A DNA stretch of 64,000 nucleotides from Raillietiella orientalis (Eukaryota): the NCBI GenBank assembly GCA_036172245.1, contig JAYWIR010000026.1:2604001-2668000 (forward strand). The letters run 5' to 3'. The translations under genes were made by a program, and so were the position numbers. The notes under the pieces were generated by a model that was not told where the DNA came from, searched no databases, and saw only the letters and a program-made list of their open reading frames with translations. Positions 24,450 to 38,160 of the stretch are shown in pieces (within the stretch, counting starts at the first letter, position 1; each line of letters opens with the position of its first letter).

Positions 24450-27400
24450 GCCCCAAGCCTTCACCTGCTTACCGATCATTTCTTAAATATTCGTGAAATA
24501 CTAAAGAAGGCGCCATGGAATGAGGGTTCTCTGCCTCCTCATCCGTGCGAGGCGGGCAGTAACGAAAAAGAGGTTTATGCTGGTAAGCAGTGGATAGTGG
24601 TGAAAGGCGCGGTCGAGTCATCGTCGCGTGATCGCTGTGAGGCAGCAAGGAGCTTCCCGAAATGTGTGATTCGTGCTTCTCCACAAAGCACGCTGCTGTC
24701 TCTGTTCCCTTGGCTCCGTAAATGAACTGCGAGGGCTCAGAAGATCGCCTTCCGAAGTCCGCGCTGCTTCTTGTCATTCGGGTAGCCAACGGAAGGAGGT
24801 GCAATGGAACGCTGAGGACATGGAGGGAGCGACATAGGGGTGAGACACTCATAATGACGCGTTCGTAAGGAATTGGGGGAGGTGGTGCTCCAAGCTAATA
24901 CGTAAGCTATGTTGGCGATGTAGTCCGCGCGATTGGGAGATGTTCGCTTTCGAGGGAAAAGAGCACCGCTCCTGGATGGTGTGTCGTCGAGCATGTCAGA
25001 GAGCTTCCGGCACTCTTGGCCTCCTCGCAAGCGGAGGCACTCGAACTGATCCCTCTCCGTCTGTCCGCAGCCGTGCACGGGAGAATCCTCTGCCGCCGAG
25101 GGATCTGGACCGGTGGGGCGGGTGAATCTCAGCTAGTAATGCGGATCTCTGGACGTTCCACTCTCCGTGGGTGTGTCTCGCGTGTCCATTGCTCCACTCC
25201 ATTCTTCACGGAATCGCTGCACATCATGAGAGGATAGGAACTTAGTTTGCTGCTGTTACGCTAAGATGACGTCGATGAGATGGACCCGAGCTAAAACGCG
25301 CTACCTACGAAAACCAAAAACAACAAGGAGGAAAGGTGAAGACGCATTTCCGAGATGGCAAAGTTTTGGAGGAACAGAAGACTCTATCCCTGGAAAGCAA
25401 CAGAAGGAGTGCAAAACAGAAATTCGAGCGGAGATCTCCTGAGATGTCCTCAGAATTCCTTATTGAGAACTCCGCAGAAAATAGCCATCCATTAAAAGAC
25501 TTCGATGCCCTTCCAGATGAGGTCGGTGAGGGCGTCAAAGGTCGTGAGAGGGGGCACGTGGTAGCTTTCAGTGACATCCAAGTATAGCTAGAGTGCCTTT
25601 TGCCCTAGAAGCAGTTAATTGTCGGACTGCAGCCAACGGTAACAACTCGTGGAGGCAATAAAATGTTCCAAAAGACATCGCTTGGGAAATGATCCGTCCA
25701 CTTGAGGTTTGTTGATAATCTCAAATGCTCCTCCTCCCGCTGCAATGCCAAGGGTCATCTCAAGAGGACGTGGTCGAGCACTGTGCCCACGTTCTGGTCC
25801 TTAGGACGCACGCATTGAGTCCAAGGGAACCCCACACTGCTATGCTGTTGAGGCAAGAGAAGAGAAAAGGATATTATCTTGGAATTTCTACCAAGGCATC
25901 AGGGAACACCAAACCATGCACGCATTCCTGCTCAAGGAGCATTGGAGCTTCCGAACACTCGGTCGAGCACAAAGAACACCCCTGAAAACGTTGCAGTGGA
26001 GCTCACTTGCGCCAAGTGCAGCGCGCCAATTAGGCGGTAACCCATAATTGTGCGCCAAGGATTCCTTTTCGCTAATAGCGTTGTGCATGACCTGGTCAAT
26101 TGATCGTACATTTACGCTGTGTGTGTATAAATTCATTCAAGCAAGAAGTAGAAGATCCGGGAAATGTTTCTTTCCTGAGAAAGGAACACCCAGGAAGAAA
26201 TAGGAGAACTGCGGACCATGCGACGGAAAATAAAAGACGGCATTTGCTGGGACTTTGAAAATGGAAAGGGATATCATCAGAGTTGCGAGTGGTCCGATGT
26301 TGCCAACAGCTATTCATCGAAGGTTCCTGCTTGCACTTCGATATATTCGAACCTGTGGAAGCAGCATTCGCGAAGGAGTGGGCTGCCACCTGAATCTTGG
26401 CGTCCCTACTTGAAAGGAAATTCTCACTGTCGGGATGCTTCACAATTCGCTCAGAGAGTATCAAATTTTCAGTTCCATGCCTCGGAAACTCTCCTGAAAA
26501 TTTCCGTATGGCTGTCTCTATTCGCACCCTCTGCCCACCTACAGGAGGCTGCTCAAACGTTGCCCCGCTGCATCGAGGGAGACGTTCATCCATGTGGGAG
26601 AAACATACAGTCAGTTAGCCGAAATGCGTTTCCTCTTGCATTTGCGGAACACCTCCGAATGCATTTCGCAAAGGTCCTTCCGATAATTCCGTGCCTCTTC
26701 TTATCCTTCTTCGGGTTCTTTTTCTTACAGCTAACAGTCAATTTGCAAGTGTTCAATTTTGAGAAGCAGTCGACTTGTTTCATTTACTAACGAGCAGTTT
26801 CGCTTTCTACGGCGATACAATCCTTCAAGGATATCGATCTTTTTGTTTTAATGCTTCCCGTGGTAGATTGAAAATTATATATTGCTTGATACGATTAATT
26901 CTCCGTGTTTCCGTTTCCGTGTTCGAAGCTGAGCGTAGCCAAAGGCATCCAACTCAAAATTCCCACCGCCAACTGCCGGCTTTCCATGGCAACGAGGAAG
27001 CTCACTCGGTGGGGCAGGCGGACTGCCCAAAGCCCAGATGTCGGGCAGCGCATGTCCTCGTGTAACGGAGATGCTATTCCCTACCTTCGGCACCCCACCA
27101 AGAGACCTACGCTTGCCGTGCTTACTCAGAGGCAACACGCCATCGTTTGGAGAGGACGGCGTCAGCAGCATAGCTGAACGACAAGAGAAAGAGTGTTTCC
27201 ATGGAAGTGCCCACGCTAAAGGGGAAGAGATTCAGACACTGCTTTGTTTTTCTGCAGGGGTCACCTTTTGTCTGTTTTGCCTTCTCCAGATCCCCCGTAC
27301 TTTGCCTTCTCCCTCCTTCATCCCGAACTTCTTTTTCAACAGGAATTCCTCTTCTGCTTCTCTGCTTCTTCAGGACTCTTCTTGATTTCTCCATTTTTGA

Positions 27401-28280
27401 ACTTCTAACTTCTCTTTCGCTCCCTTTCTCACGCTCACCCATGTCCTGTCCTCGTCATGCGTTTTCTTATCAACCACATTAAAAATCTCAGACGCTTCTT
27501 GAACCTCTTCCCTTCCGACTGTCCCACAGGATTCCCCCTGGTATCTTTTCCTGTTGCTCATCTTCCTAGCTGTGCACTAATAATCTTTCACCCTGGAATC
27601 CCTTCTTCCTCTCAATCATCGTGTCGCGTTATGTATTCCACTCTTCATTCCAATCGACATCCTCCATTCAATCATTTCGAGCAGCTGCTGATCCAATGAT
27701 TTCTTGCTCTTTGATGCCCACAATCGTTTTATTCTTGCAACTCCTATTCCATATGCAGTTTTCGTACCCTGCTTATTTGTTTTTTGCGTTCCTTATTCAT
27801 GTCGAATTTCTGATTTTCTACCGTTTCTCCTTCCAAAATCCCAACCCAAATGCACGAAATGGCTCTTCACCAGTTCCAGCTGCTTTTGTCTTCGAAGTTA
27901 CAGAAGTACGGTCGCATTCTGTTGTTATTTCGATTCTTCGAAGTTTGCTCCCTTCCTTCCGCTTCCTTTCCACAATTTCAGTTCGCCCTTCATTCGTTTG
28001 CGATCTTCAGCAATTCCATCCTGTTCTCTAATAGAACACCTTCGTTGCCCCGCTTCTTCCTTTCCGGCATTTCCTATTTTTCCACATTCCTCACACGAAA
28101 CATCCCTTTGTCCGCAACCTGCCCTCATCTCCCCTGTGAGCTCCTTTCCTTCCTTTTGCTCACCTACTGGCAATCGGTCTCATCCTCCTCCTCTCTTTCT
28201 TCAAAATCTTTTTGCCTTTACCACTTTTCTAACCTTTTTTTCCTTTTCTATCCCTTCTCCCTTTACGCCAGAACGATCTT
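24450..28280 (-). pseudogene. Long decayed ORF2 remnant (APE-like, charged linker, RT); paralogues at ~14780-18075 and ~51060-56480
   Basis: Purine-rich Lys/Glu/Arg linker; RKFSGEFPRH...KHPDSENF (GxxP...NYR-like), IEVQAG (QxGF-like), CNVFRGVL (RGV), HLRLSTN.K (GLxxNxxK-like). Many stops and frameshifts. Confidence 0.55.
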
Positions 28281-28299
28281 ACTTAATTTGATTTCTGAT

Positions 28300-28900
28300 G
28301 CTTTGGATACATTGGGAGCTGTGTATTTCTTGATCTCTGAACCAGAAATACATGGCTGCATCTTCTGGGCTTGCCACTGAGAATTAAAAGTCTACGAGCC
28401 GTTCGATGAGCGTCTGCCAAGGGTTTCTGCTGATTTTTTGGTTGCTTTCTGCCCAATTAAGAAACAACAGGGTCCTTCCTGGTTTCGTTTTATTCCTCCT
28501 GGAGTGGCCACTCATCCTCCCAGATGGCAGGGCTTTCACTCTCTGAATATGCGCTGCCACTCCTGGGATTCCTGGACCTGAAAATTGCCCGTTCACAGCA
28601 TGAAAAACACTGAGCGTACGCACACCACCACAACAGGTGGATCGAAGTTGTTCTGGGGAACCCCGGACTCCCCTGGGAACGTGCGGGGCGGATCCATGGT
28701 TCCCTCCGATAGCCCGAGGAGCGCGCCATCTGCCTGGAAATGTCCAAAAAGTCGAAGTACAGAGCGAGAGACCCGCAGTTCCCTTGGCAATTGCACCTAC
28801 CTCCTTTCCAATCCGCCACGGGGCTGCCGCTGCGCACAGGCTGCATTCCAGCCAGGTCTCTTCAGATGGCATCCGGAAGAAGTAATGGTAATAAGCCTAA
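28300..28900 (-). pseudogene. Inverted paralogous ORF2 fragment; also at ~56490-57150
   Basis: The reverse complement of 28310-28387 and 56495-56587 matches 44405-44495 and 30480-30555 (SGKPRRCSHVFLVRDP vs SKHRRCTHIFLVEDP). Confidence 0.55.
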
Positions 28901-31900
28901 GCTCCGCAAAATGAAAGTTTCGCGGAGCAAATGCCTTCAACTTCCTGGTCCGTTTTCTGCTTTTTGTTTGTTTTGTGGAATGAAGCGTATCGTAGGAAAC
29001 GGCCTCGGCCATCTTGGGTATTGTGTGCAGAGGTGCAATGGGGAGTTGGACGCTGCCCATTCTCGTTGCGGCGTCTCGGCCGAGCCGAGTCCACGTGGAG
29101 AAAAAGAAGAGCCGTCGACCTCTGAAGTCGCCTCACGCGAAGCCTCGGAGGGTGCCTTCCCCTTTATGCCCAACTACTTTGATCGTTTCCTTTCTTCCGC
29201 TTCTTTCCCCCCTTCCATCTTTAACACTTCCTCTTTCGAACGAACATCGCTCCTACTTTGTCCATTCTTCCAGCTTGATTTCCAAAGCGCTCATCCTCTC
29301 CCCCTTCTCACCCCAAATTCTGCTTAACACGTGACACTTTTCGCAGCACTCACATCCGGTGGTTTGCTCTTTTTGTTTTCTTGATGGTTTGCACAATTAC
29401 TACGGAACGGACGTTGGTTCCTTTCCGTTCTACAAAGTCTTCAGACATGAGGATTTGCTCCAGAACCTTATTAGTGTCCAGGAAGAAACAGGAGGTGCAG
29501 GAAGAATTGCTTGAGAATTGACGTTGCTCTGCAGCTGTTATTGTGTCCTCCATGTTTCGTTCTGAAGAGCATGGGGCTGAACGTCCAGGCATGGGGAATC
29601 TTCTCAGGTATCAGATGGGTGGGGGAGCGCAAAGACTTCGGGATACGTCAGTATCCATGCGATTGGATTGCTCTTGTCGAGGATTCCTCTTAGGTTCATG
29701 GAAGTGTCATCGAGGGAGGCATATTGCTTCGCGGGCTGCTGTCAGTCCAGGAGTGTGTCCGACACGTGGCTGTTTGCAACTGAATAGTGTAAGTGTGAGG
29801 AGACAAAGATCCGTGTCGCGTGTTTTGGTTGACGATGTAGTTTTCGCTAGAAGGCAACTCAATCGGTTTTGGGATGGAAGTCAGCAGACGAGTTGATTCA
29901 TCTGGCATCATGTTGGGATTGGATTTCACGCTCAGCCATTTCCTCACTGCGGTTTGGGCATCACGTCTGGAGGCAGAGTGGTGTCTCCCATCGTGGCAGA
30001 GTCGTGCTGATCGCAACATGGAAGACGTTCGTATCTCTCAAACGGAGAGTGCAAAACTGCTGATAGAGAGCGCTACGAAAGAAATGTAAACCAGGTGACC
30101 ACAGCCACTGCTGCTTTCCCCGCGCGCACACCCAGGAAAAGAAAAAGCGTGCTCGTAGGAAGAATGAAGTATATAATGGGAAAGGAAAGGAAAAGAGGAG
30201 CAAGAGGTGGAAGGAGGAAGACTCAATGACCTGTATAGTTCTCAGATGGTCGCCAAATGCAATTTGCTGCACATGCCGAGATCCCGAAACCATGAAACTT
30301 CTCCCGAGCTTTGCATTAGCGTCCGGAAGTTGCATCGTTTCCTGCCTCGAATTAGTATAGGTAGAGCGAGAGTAGATTTAGTTTTCAGTTTGTGCATAAA
30401 CGCATTCATGACATCGCATCGCCTTGAGATATGGATGACCTTTGGCTAGCGCTCCATGAACCGCTCTTTTTACTGATGAGCAAGCATAGAAGATGCACTC
30501 ACATCTTTCTGGTTGAAGATCCAGATACAGAGCAGTACCTTCCCGAAAGCGTGAAGCATTTGAATAGAAACGTTCATAGAATGTGCATAAAAGAAGGAAG
30601 GAGTTCCTCGAGGACAGAGACAGCAAGGCATGCTGTAGGTCGCAGAAGACGTCACTGAAAAATCGCATTCTTTCGATGGCCGCCGAGAAGGCATTGCTGG
30701 TATGCAGCCTGCCGAGGAGAGCGACAGATGCCCGAAACGACAGAAGTCTAGGCAGCAACAGCTGGTATGAGGAAGGAGTTCGACCACGGAAACCAAGAAT
30801 TTCATCGGAAGCTCCAGCAGGTTCTCTGACTGCCGAAGCATTTGACAGGACGTCGATCTTTGGCTGGTGCACGCGTTTTAAAAGTTTGCCTCCATCTCTC
30901 GCCACGAGCGCGCCGCATCCGAGTAAATCGAAATACTGCAAGGAAGGCCACGCTCTCCCACGGTCTTCAGCATTTTATAGAGATGCTAAACTGTCAGATG
31001 GGACCATTTGCCGAGCCCTCACTGCTCTACGTGCACTTCGGTGGCATTCGAAAACGACTCGCTTCTCCTGCTGCTTGTGATCACCGTTGCACCGTCAGTG
31101 TGGACGTTCCACGGTTGATGTCCCTCAGAGTAAAAGAGCTCGCAGACAAAAGCAAATCCAAGCGCTGCCATCGGCAATCCCTGTCAACTCTGTGGCCAGC
31201 GCAGGTTTTTCGACAGAAAGTGCCAGCGCGGCTTTCCTACCAGAATTTTGTCGTGTGGGCGGAAAAACTGCAGCAAGGGGAATCTTCAGTGCTTCTTCCA
31301 TGAAGGTTAATGCAACCTTCTGAATCTACGAAATGAAGGTGGGTCGTACATTTCCAGGGATGATTGCCACGGACAGGTTCCGTGTACAGTCGGAGACTTT
31401 GTCGTCGCTGAAGGTTTCGCTTCGCGCCACAGGCGGTTTTCCTGTGAAAAGAGACGTTGATCAGGACGCCGAGCTGCAATCTGTCCAGGAAGCCCACGCA
31501 CTCCTGGAGCTCGAGAAGAATGTCCTTCTCGACCCAATGCGTGGCTTGATGAGGGCTGAATGATGACCTGAAGGACCGGCGCTCGCCCTAGACATCCACC
31601 ACGCGATTAAAGAAACGCCAATATTCCGTCTCTCGAGTTCAACACCTGAGTGCGCCTGAAACCACAAGCAGCCGAAGAAAAGTTGCTCCTCCGCACTGCA
31701 AAGAGTACAGCAATGGCACGCACCGGATTGAGGATGATTGGTGCCATCATTCGGGGTCGTTCATCTCACAGTTTCCCTAGGTTCTAGGAATGAGAGTTTG
31801 ACACGGTGATCAAACGCGTGCTGTCCACATTTCCGTGGGTGTCCTTCGTTAGGGAAGAAACGCACCCCAGGTGATAGGAAAGAGAAGGGCGCGTCTCGTG

Positions 31901-34295
31901 TTTTAAGGATCAGAGAAGTGATGGTCAGCACAGAAATGTACACTCTGCCACGAAGCATTCACGAAATTCCGCGTGCTGTGCTTTACGTTTCCTTGGATTC
32001 CCCACAGGAAAGACGCTGTGGACGAGGCGGGGCTGCGACATGATTTTCCAGAACCGGGAGACCGCCAAGGTTGCCAACCAGAAATAGCTACTTCGGACTT
32101 GCAGAGCGTGAAGGGCGCGGGACCAAGCGTCCCAATCTTGCTGCCTCCATGGGTCCACCGGAAAAAGCCCAGAAAGGAACGGAGAGCGCGCGCGCGCAGG
32201 ATGGGCGCGAGAAGGGAACGCAAATCGCTCTTCCCTGCTGATGCTGGCCGTGCAGAGCTGCTCCTTCCCTGCATTGCTGGTTGGCATGGGCGCTTCATCA
32301 CATCAGCAGTCTGCACGGAAGGGCGAAAAAGGAGGAGCAGTGAGGGCGATCTTTTCCGCGGAGTTGGTCTTCTGCAGGAATGCACAGAGGTGATTTCTAG
32401 TGGGAGCTCCAGGAGACTCGCAAAACCCTGCACAACGGATGCCCGCGGAGAGGTCTGAGGCACTGGAAGGGAGGATGACGTAAAGCCTCATTCAATGGAC
32501 GCAAAGCAATGACGGTGGTTAGTCGTCCTGCTGGCCGGGAACTTGATTACATTGAGGACGCTTGGCGGATTGAACGCCGCAACTGGAAGATTTGTGAAGT
32601 GGGTGGCCCTGTTAAGCCGGAGCTGCTGTTCGGACACACTAAGAAGTCTTCGGCGGAAGAAACGCAGGCGGTTGCCTGCTGAAGAGAGGCCGTAACGCGA
32701 AACGAACGCGTTCGGCGTGACGTTTGCAAATATGGAATTTTGCTCGCAACGTAAGACTTGACATGACGTCTGATTCAATTCTAAAAAAAGATGTTATTCG
32801 TACGAGTAAGGAGGGCAAAGGTTCATCAGAGCACTTGGAATGCCAACACGCAAAGCAGACAGGTGATCTCCTGCAGGAAGAGTGCACATCCCGAAGAGTC
32901 GGGAAATCTTTGATTGCTACGTCAGCAGAAGACGCTGCCAGGCGAAATCATCCACCGAAAGCACGGATTGCGAAGGCGTGTCGACTCATAACGGCTGTCC
33001 CACACGCTATCCAAATATCGAAAATATTTATAAATTGCGGTAACGTTTTCGTTTTCAGCTCTGAAGAGGAAGTCAGTTGTCCTCTGTGTATTCCATGGAA
33101 GCTGGTGCAGTGTGGATAGGCGGCGACATGGTCCTCTGGGTTCAGCGGTGGATTCTCGGATTCCTTCCACTCTTGTATTTGGTATCTGCGATTTCAATGA
33201 TTTTGATGATTCGCACTGAAATTCACGATGTCACGCCTGGGATTTTCCGATTCCGCCTTCGATCGTATTGGCGGTGACTGCTTCCCGGGTCGGCTCTCCG
33301 ATGAGTTGACGCGTAAAAGGGATATGGTCCACTGTTTCGCAGCATCGGTTTCACTAGAGCTATGAGATTGCAGATTGAAGCTGCTGACAGAGCTTTGCAA
33401 CAGCTGGCTCCATTTTTTTTTTCTGTCGTGACTCGAAGAGAAGCGCGAAAACCCAGAACAACGGAGAATCTCCTTCGCTAGAGCCCCGTCTTCGAGTTTT
33501 CTCTCTTCCCCAATGGATGCAGCGAGAAGAAGTGGCTGCCACATCAGGTTTTCACAGAGCTGCAGGCATCTTCGAGAGAGCGATCCGTGGAACGAACCGT
33601 GCGACACTCTTATCTCAGTCGACCTAGGAGGCGTGGCTGCCTTTGCATGCGTCGTGGAGGCGTACGAGACACGCCGCTTCGCTGCTCCCTCAGGGACTGG
33701 CGATTCTGGTGACTCGTTGACCCATCCCAGGACAGCAAAGGCGTTAGTGCATCCACCTGTTGAGGACGCGAGCGAATGCTTGTCTCGGTTAGCAGCTTTG
33801 ACTGCGATTTCGTTGCTGCACACCTCGCCTAACGCCAGGCGATCCTCCCAGAGAAAGGAAGAGCGAGCTCCTTTCGGAGGAACGTCCACTCAACCCATCC
33901 TCGATTGGTGAGAAACCCAAAGCCTCGTCAGCATGGTTTGAGTGAGCCTTGTTCGTACTCCGCGGAGAGCCACGTTTGTGGGATCGGAAAGCGATTCTCC
34001 ACTTGTAGATCGGAAGGGCTCCTTTCCGCCCACCGAGCTGCGACGTTCGCAGGAAACCGAATGAAGGAGCGTTTTGTATTGCTTTTGCAAAACGATGCGC
34101 TGTGAGATCCGCTGTTATAGCACGGAGCCACTGACTTGCTGAGGACGCACTCAAACCGTTCGCGGTACATAATCACTCCGCTTGCACAATAAACTGCAGG
34201 CAATGAAGATTTCTCTACGCAAAGTAGTTGATGTAGAATTGCTTCGACGCAACCGGGGTGGAAGACGGGTGGGTTCACCTCTTCACTATCTGTAG

Positions 34296-34552
34296 GCAAA
34301 GTCTTCCAGTGTCGAGCCGACCAGGTTGTACCAGACCAGCGAACTGCCGACTTCGTGCGAGGCGACCAAAACTCTGCGCGCTTTATCGTGCCTGGCCAGA
34401 CCCTTTTCCAAGATCGCTTCATCGTCCAGAGTCTTACTGGAGGCTGCACTCTGAGCGCTAAAGTGAAACGTAGCGTCGACACTGTTGTTTTCGCCACTCC
34501 CAACTTTCCAAAGAACTTTACAGCGAACACAACTTGCACTTTGGGTCTTCTG
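34296..34552 (+). CDS. CUB-domain cassette C, 5' exon (alternative acceptor at 34430)
   Basis: tctgtag| ... TPNFPKNFTANTTCTLGLL |gtaag. Confidence 0.8.
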
Positions 34553-35434
34553 GTAAGCAGCGGAGTTTGTGGTAGGGACGATCCACAACTTCCATTTAGC
34601 CAAACGACATGCGGAAATCACCGGAGAACGTCTTTGGGAGGTTTGATACCCGCTTCGAACTGGGAGAAGGAGGCATTCTGACTTTTGAGGACATCTTGCG
34701 CAGGAGAGAGTAAGATCCGTGTGTACCCATTCCTCGCTGCTGCCTGCTCGCTGCGTCCTGCTGGACCGCCTGCAACGCGATGGCACGCATGTCACTTGTG
34801 CTCCAAGGCCGCTCGAAATCAACCTATTTTTGAGGGGTTCAAGGAGACGAAGGGGGAATCCGTACGTGGAGCTGTTCCTACCCGCGACGATCACCTTCCA
34901 GGGTGCTGCACCCGCGCGTGGCTTCCAGCTCACCATGTGCAAGGTGCCCAACGCCTTCCAGGTTTCGTCGGAGAAATTGCTGGAGGCGAAAACGATCAAC
35001 CCCGTCCTCGTAAAAGAACTGGCGGTTCCACAGAAAATGCTTTCCTTTCTCGTACGGGTACGTGGTGAGCGCATTCGCTGAACCGAATTGTGGTCACTTC
35101 GCTGGGTGTCCCTCGGGCGGAGATCCGCGGGCCCGCTGGAGAGAAGCTTCCGGTGGGCGCCTCCCCGCACCGTCGCGGTCATTTAAACTTCAGCTGACGG
35201 ACAGCCGAGAGGTGGTTCGCGCGCCTTGGGTTTCCAGCAACGAGTTCTCGCGTCGGCTCTTCTTTCGGCAAGAACCTCGTTGGTTGGGAAGTGCGTTCGT
35301 TGCTTCGCGCCTGGGTGCTGAAACTCGCTCTACGAGTTAATAGCGTCCGGTGGGCGGCGGTGTGGCCCTACTGCGATGCATTTCCATCTTCCGACTGAAA
35401 TGACAGAGTGAGGGGCAATCACTTCTCTTTGTAG

Positions 35435-35686
35435 AAGTCGAGTGCATGCCGATTTGTCATCATCACCTTGTTCAACGTAAACATTAATTCCCACGAGAAG
35501 GTATCCATCGGCAAAAATGGGCAGAATCTTCCGCCCAGGGACATACAGACCATCTCCGGTCCAAGCAAGGCCGACGTCACCGTGGTTTCCACTCAAGAGA
35601 AAGACATAATCTTGTTCTACTACACGGACAACAACGTGCGAGGAATAGAAGGAAGCTTCACATTAGGGTACACCTGCGCCCGCTGA
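35435..35686 (+). CDS. CUB-domain cassette C, terminal exon
   Basis: tctttgtag|; ...FYYTDNNVRGIEGSFTLGYTCAR*; AATAAA at ~35710. Confidence 0.85.
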   Translation, partial: KSSACRFVIITLFNVNINSHEKVSIGKNGQNLPPRDIQTISGPSKADVTVVSTQEKDIILFYYTDNNVRGIEGSFTLGYTCAR

Positions 35687-37176
35687 GGTTAACCTTAAGG
35701 ATAGATCTCAATAAAGAGCTCCACGTTTTTATTTTAGGCCTAAGCAGGCTTAAAGGTTTAGTATACTTCTCTAGCATTTTCGTAGAGGGTAGAGTTGCTT
35801 ACGTCAAGTTGCTATGGAGACATGAGACAGGAAGGGGACTTTCGTGATCTTTGTTCGCTCCACGGACATTTTGAGGAAGGCGCCAGAGGATTCCCCTAGG
35901 TGCAAACCTCATGGGGTGATTCGTGATACCTTCGCCCGGCACTTTCCAAAGAGAAAAGCTGGGCTGTAGGACTGAGACCAACGATGGAGCCTCCAGCTTA
36001 TTTCCTTCGGCATCCACGGATGAAGCAGCCATCCAAACGTTGCTCCTGTTTTGCAAGGTGTCCGGCCTCTCCATCACATGGCCTGCTAGCATTGTTCTTT
36101 CTTACTGGTAATAGGAGACCAGTCCAGATCTCCAGTTGCCATCGTTGTGGAAATCCGGCTACAGGGTGGTCTTCCCTAGGAATCCGTTCGTAAAGAATAT
36201 TGCATTTGTTCCTTCGAAAGTGATCTGTGCAGCAAGCCCTCTGGTTAGGAGACGATGCCTTCCTGAAGGAGGAAAAGAAGGAGATGACCGGCATGCATAG
36301 CAAGTTGATGGATGGTTTGGAACGATGCCGCAGCGGTCTTTGTCCGCACTTTGCTTATCTTCATTTTGATTCCGCACCCTCATTTCGCTCCGTAACTTTC
36401 ATGGTGCATTTGGTTTTCATCCCGGTGCACAGCAAGAAAAACCAAAGATCGCTATCTCTTTCCACTGCTGCCTGGTGTGCAAATGGGGCCAAGTGGCTGG
36501 CCTTCGAAGGCAGCGGATGGTGGAGAGGATGGCGCCTTTGCCGCTCCGACCTCGTTCAATCACGCTCCAAGCAGAAAAGGGCTGCTGACGATGCGGCTGG
36601 GGGCGAAGGAGCTTCAAAGCGCCCCTGGGATTGCTCCATGGCGTCCGCGGGGTCGTCATAAAAGCGCTCCAACAGGGGTCAGAGGGAAACAACATCCCAA
36701 GAATCCAAGAAGGGTTCTAGAGGAACGAGCAGGGAGCCCCGAAGGAAACCTCTTCTTCCATGTTCTCTACTGGGAAAACCCCCCAAGGGGGAACGCTCCT
36801 CGTTTCTCCTCCCAAGGAAACCCGAAAAGGGTCCAGTGTTGGAGTTTCCTTACCGAAAAGAACCCGCCAGAAGACCTTGGAGGAACGCTTCCCGTTTTTT
36901 CTGAGGGGCGCTTACCGATGGGAGCAGCGGGTTTCTTGACATTCTGGAAAGGCAACTCTCGAGGGAATAGCTCCACTGGCAGAACCAGAGAAGAACAACG
37001 AAGGGGTCAATGGTTCCAGGAAGGACCCCGAGGAGACAACTACCACCCAGTCAACGGAAGTTTACGTGTTCCACTAGTGGCGCAACTGGAGCCCTAAAGG
37101 CTAACCAGAGTCATGCTGCAGGTGTGTGGCTAGAGGCCCACCCATACCCTACCCCCCCTTTTCGGCGTTGATCCTA

Positions 37177-37250
37177 CCCCGGGCAGGATTCGAACCAGCG
37201 GCACGTGGCACCGCAGATATACGGCACAGACTACGGGCAGCCCAATGGCA
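37177..37250 (-). other. tRNA-like B-box (possible SINE head or tRNA pseudogene)
   Basis: Minus strand gctggttcgaatcctgcccgggg contains the GGTTCGAATCC T-loop/B-box; no convincing A-box or full cloverleaf. Confidence 0.35.
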
Positions 37251-37549
37251 GAACACTTGGGGTAGCGGCGCCTGTGAGTTGACGCTTGTCCAGCCACATG
37301 GAGGTATTGTGGAATCAGCTTCACAGAGAGACCTCCAATCCTGTAAATGGACGACTGCCAGGTGGGTCCCTCACAGGAAGAAAAAGCAACGCTGCGGAAA
37401 GAGAGGTCCTCCATGCCCAAGAAGCCACGCCGTTCACTCTGGTCATAAGGTGGACAGAGGTCAAAGGCAAGCAGTTGATCCAAAAGAAGCCGGCAGGGTC
37501 ACGCGATTCACAGGCAGCAGGCGGAGAGGAAAAACGTGTCGCGCGCGCA

Positions 37550-38160
37550 ACGGCTGCGTGATCCTCGTGTATTTCGGCTTCTTGCAGCCGATCCCGGTTC
37601 GCCGATGGCATGACGCGTAGGGCGGCCGGGTGGTCCGGCGTCGGGAGGGCGCGTTGCGCGAAAGGTGAGAGCCGCTTGAGAGACCGTCCGGTTCGCCACC
37701 TGGGAGACGGAGCGCGAAGTCCACTTTCGTCCTTCCCGCGCGCATTCAGAGCGGCACATCCCGGCGGTCTGCGCGGAACGATGCCTGCGAACGTCCACGC
37801 AAGGCGCAGAAGTGGCGTAGCTGCTTACGTGCGCGAGTCTCTGGCCGGGGGCGTCGCGCGCTGCCGACGGAACGGAGACGCCGTCGCCTTCGGCACCCGG
37901 AAGCGTTCCTATCCAGCGTATCCTGACTAAGCGCGGTGGACGCGTATGCGTGTGCTCTGGAGTGTCCACTGGCGCTGTTCCGCCTTCCAGTCGACCAGGG
38001 GTTTCTCCGTGCCCACTGCTGTGTAACCCGGAAGCTCGGCAGGTCGATCTGTGGCTCGCACCTGAGTGAGGGGACTGCTGCGGCGAGGCACGTGACTGTC
38101 CCTGCGTACGGCATTGTGGTCACAAACCTTGGATGTTGCACGGATCGGGTAGTGTTGAGC
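37550..38160 (-). mobile_element. Decayed LTR-retrotransposon (Ty3/gypsy-like) integrase remnant
   Basis: Ordered motifs QHPRFVTTM...QID...NPWS (zinc-binding/PW region), QLRHFCALRG (FxxFCxxxG), SQAALTFRAT (ALLxYRxTP-like); frameshifted. Confidence 0.55.

Larger units (their letters stand above)
18080..30450 (+). repeat. Tandem segmental duplication unit B
   Basis: 18.2-23.1 kb closely matches 30.85-35.7 kb (offset ~12.64 kb); 23.3-27.7 kb matches 12.8-18.07 kb. Confidence 0.95.
30450..36465 (+). repeat. Tandem segmental duplication unit C (3'-truncated)
   Basis: Near-identical to 58.7-64.0 kb (offset ~28.25 kb); similarity to the other units ends at ~36465. Confidence 0.95.

Noticed and set aside
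26483..35746. Near-identical block (vs 54691-64000) as a pure assembly or haplotype duplication
   Set aside because: Scattered substitutions, a 49-bp indel, a replaced segment at ~34815-34860 and different left flanks favour a real duplication; not fully excluded without reads.
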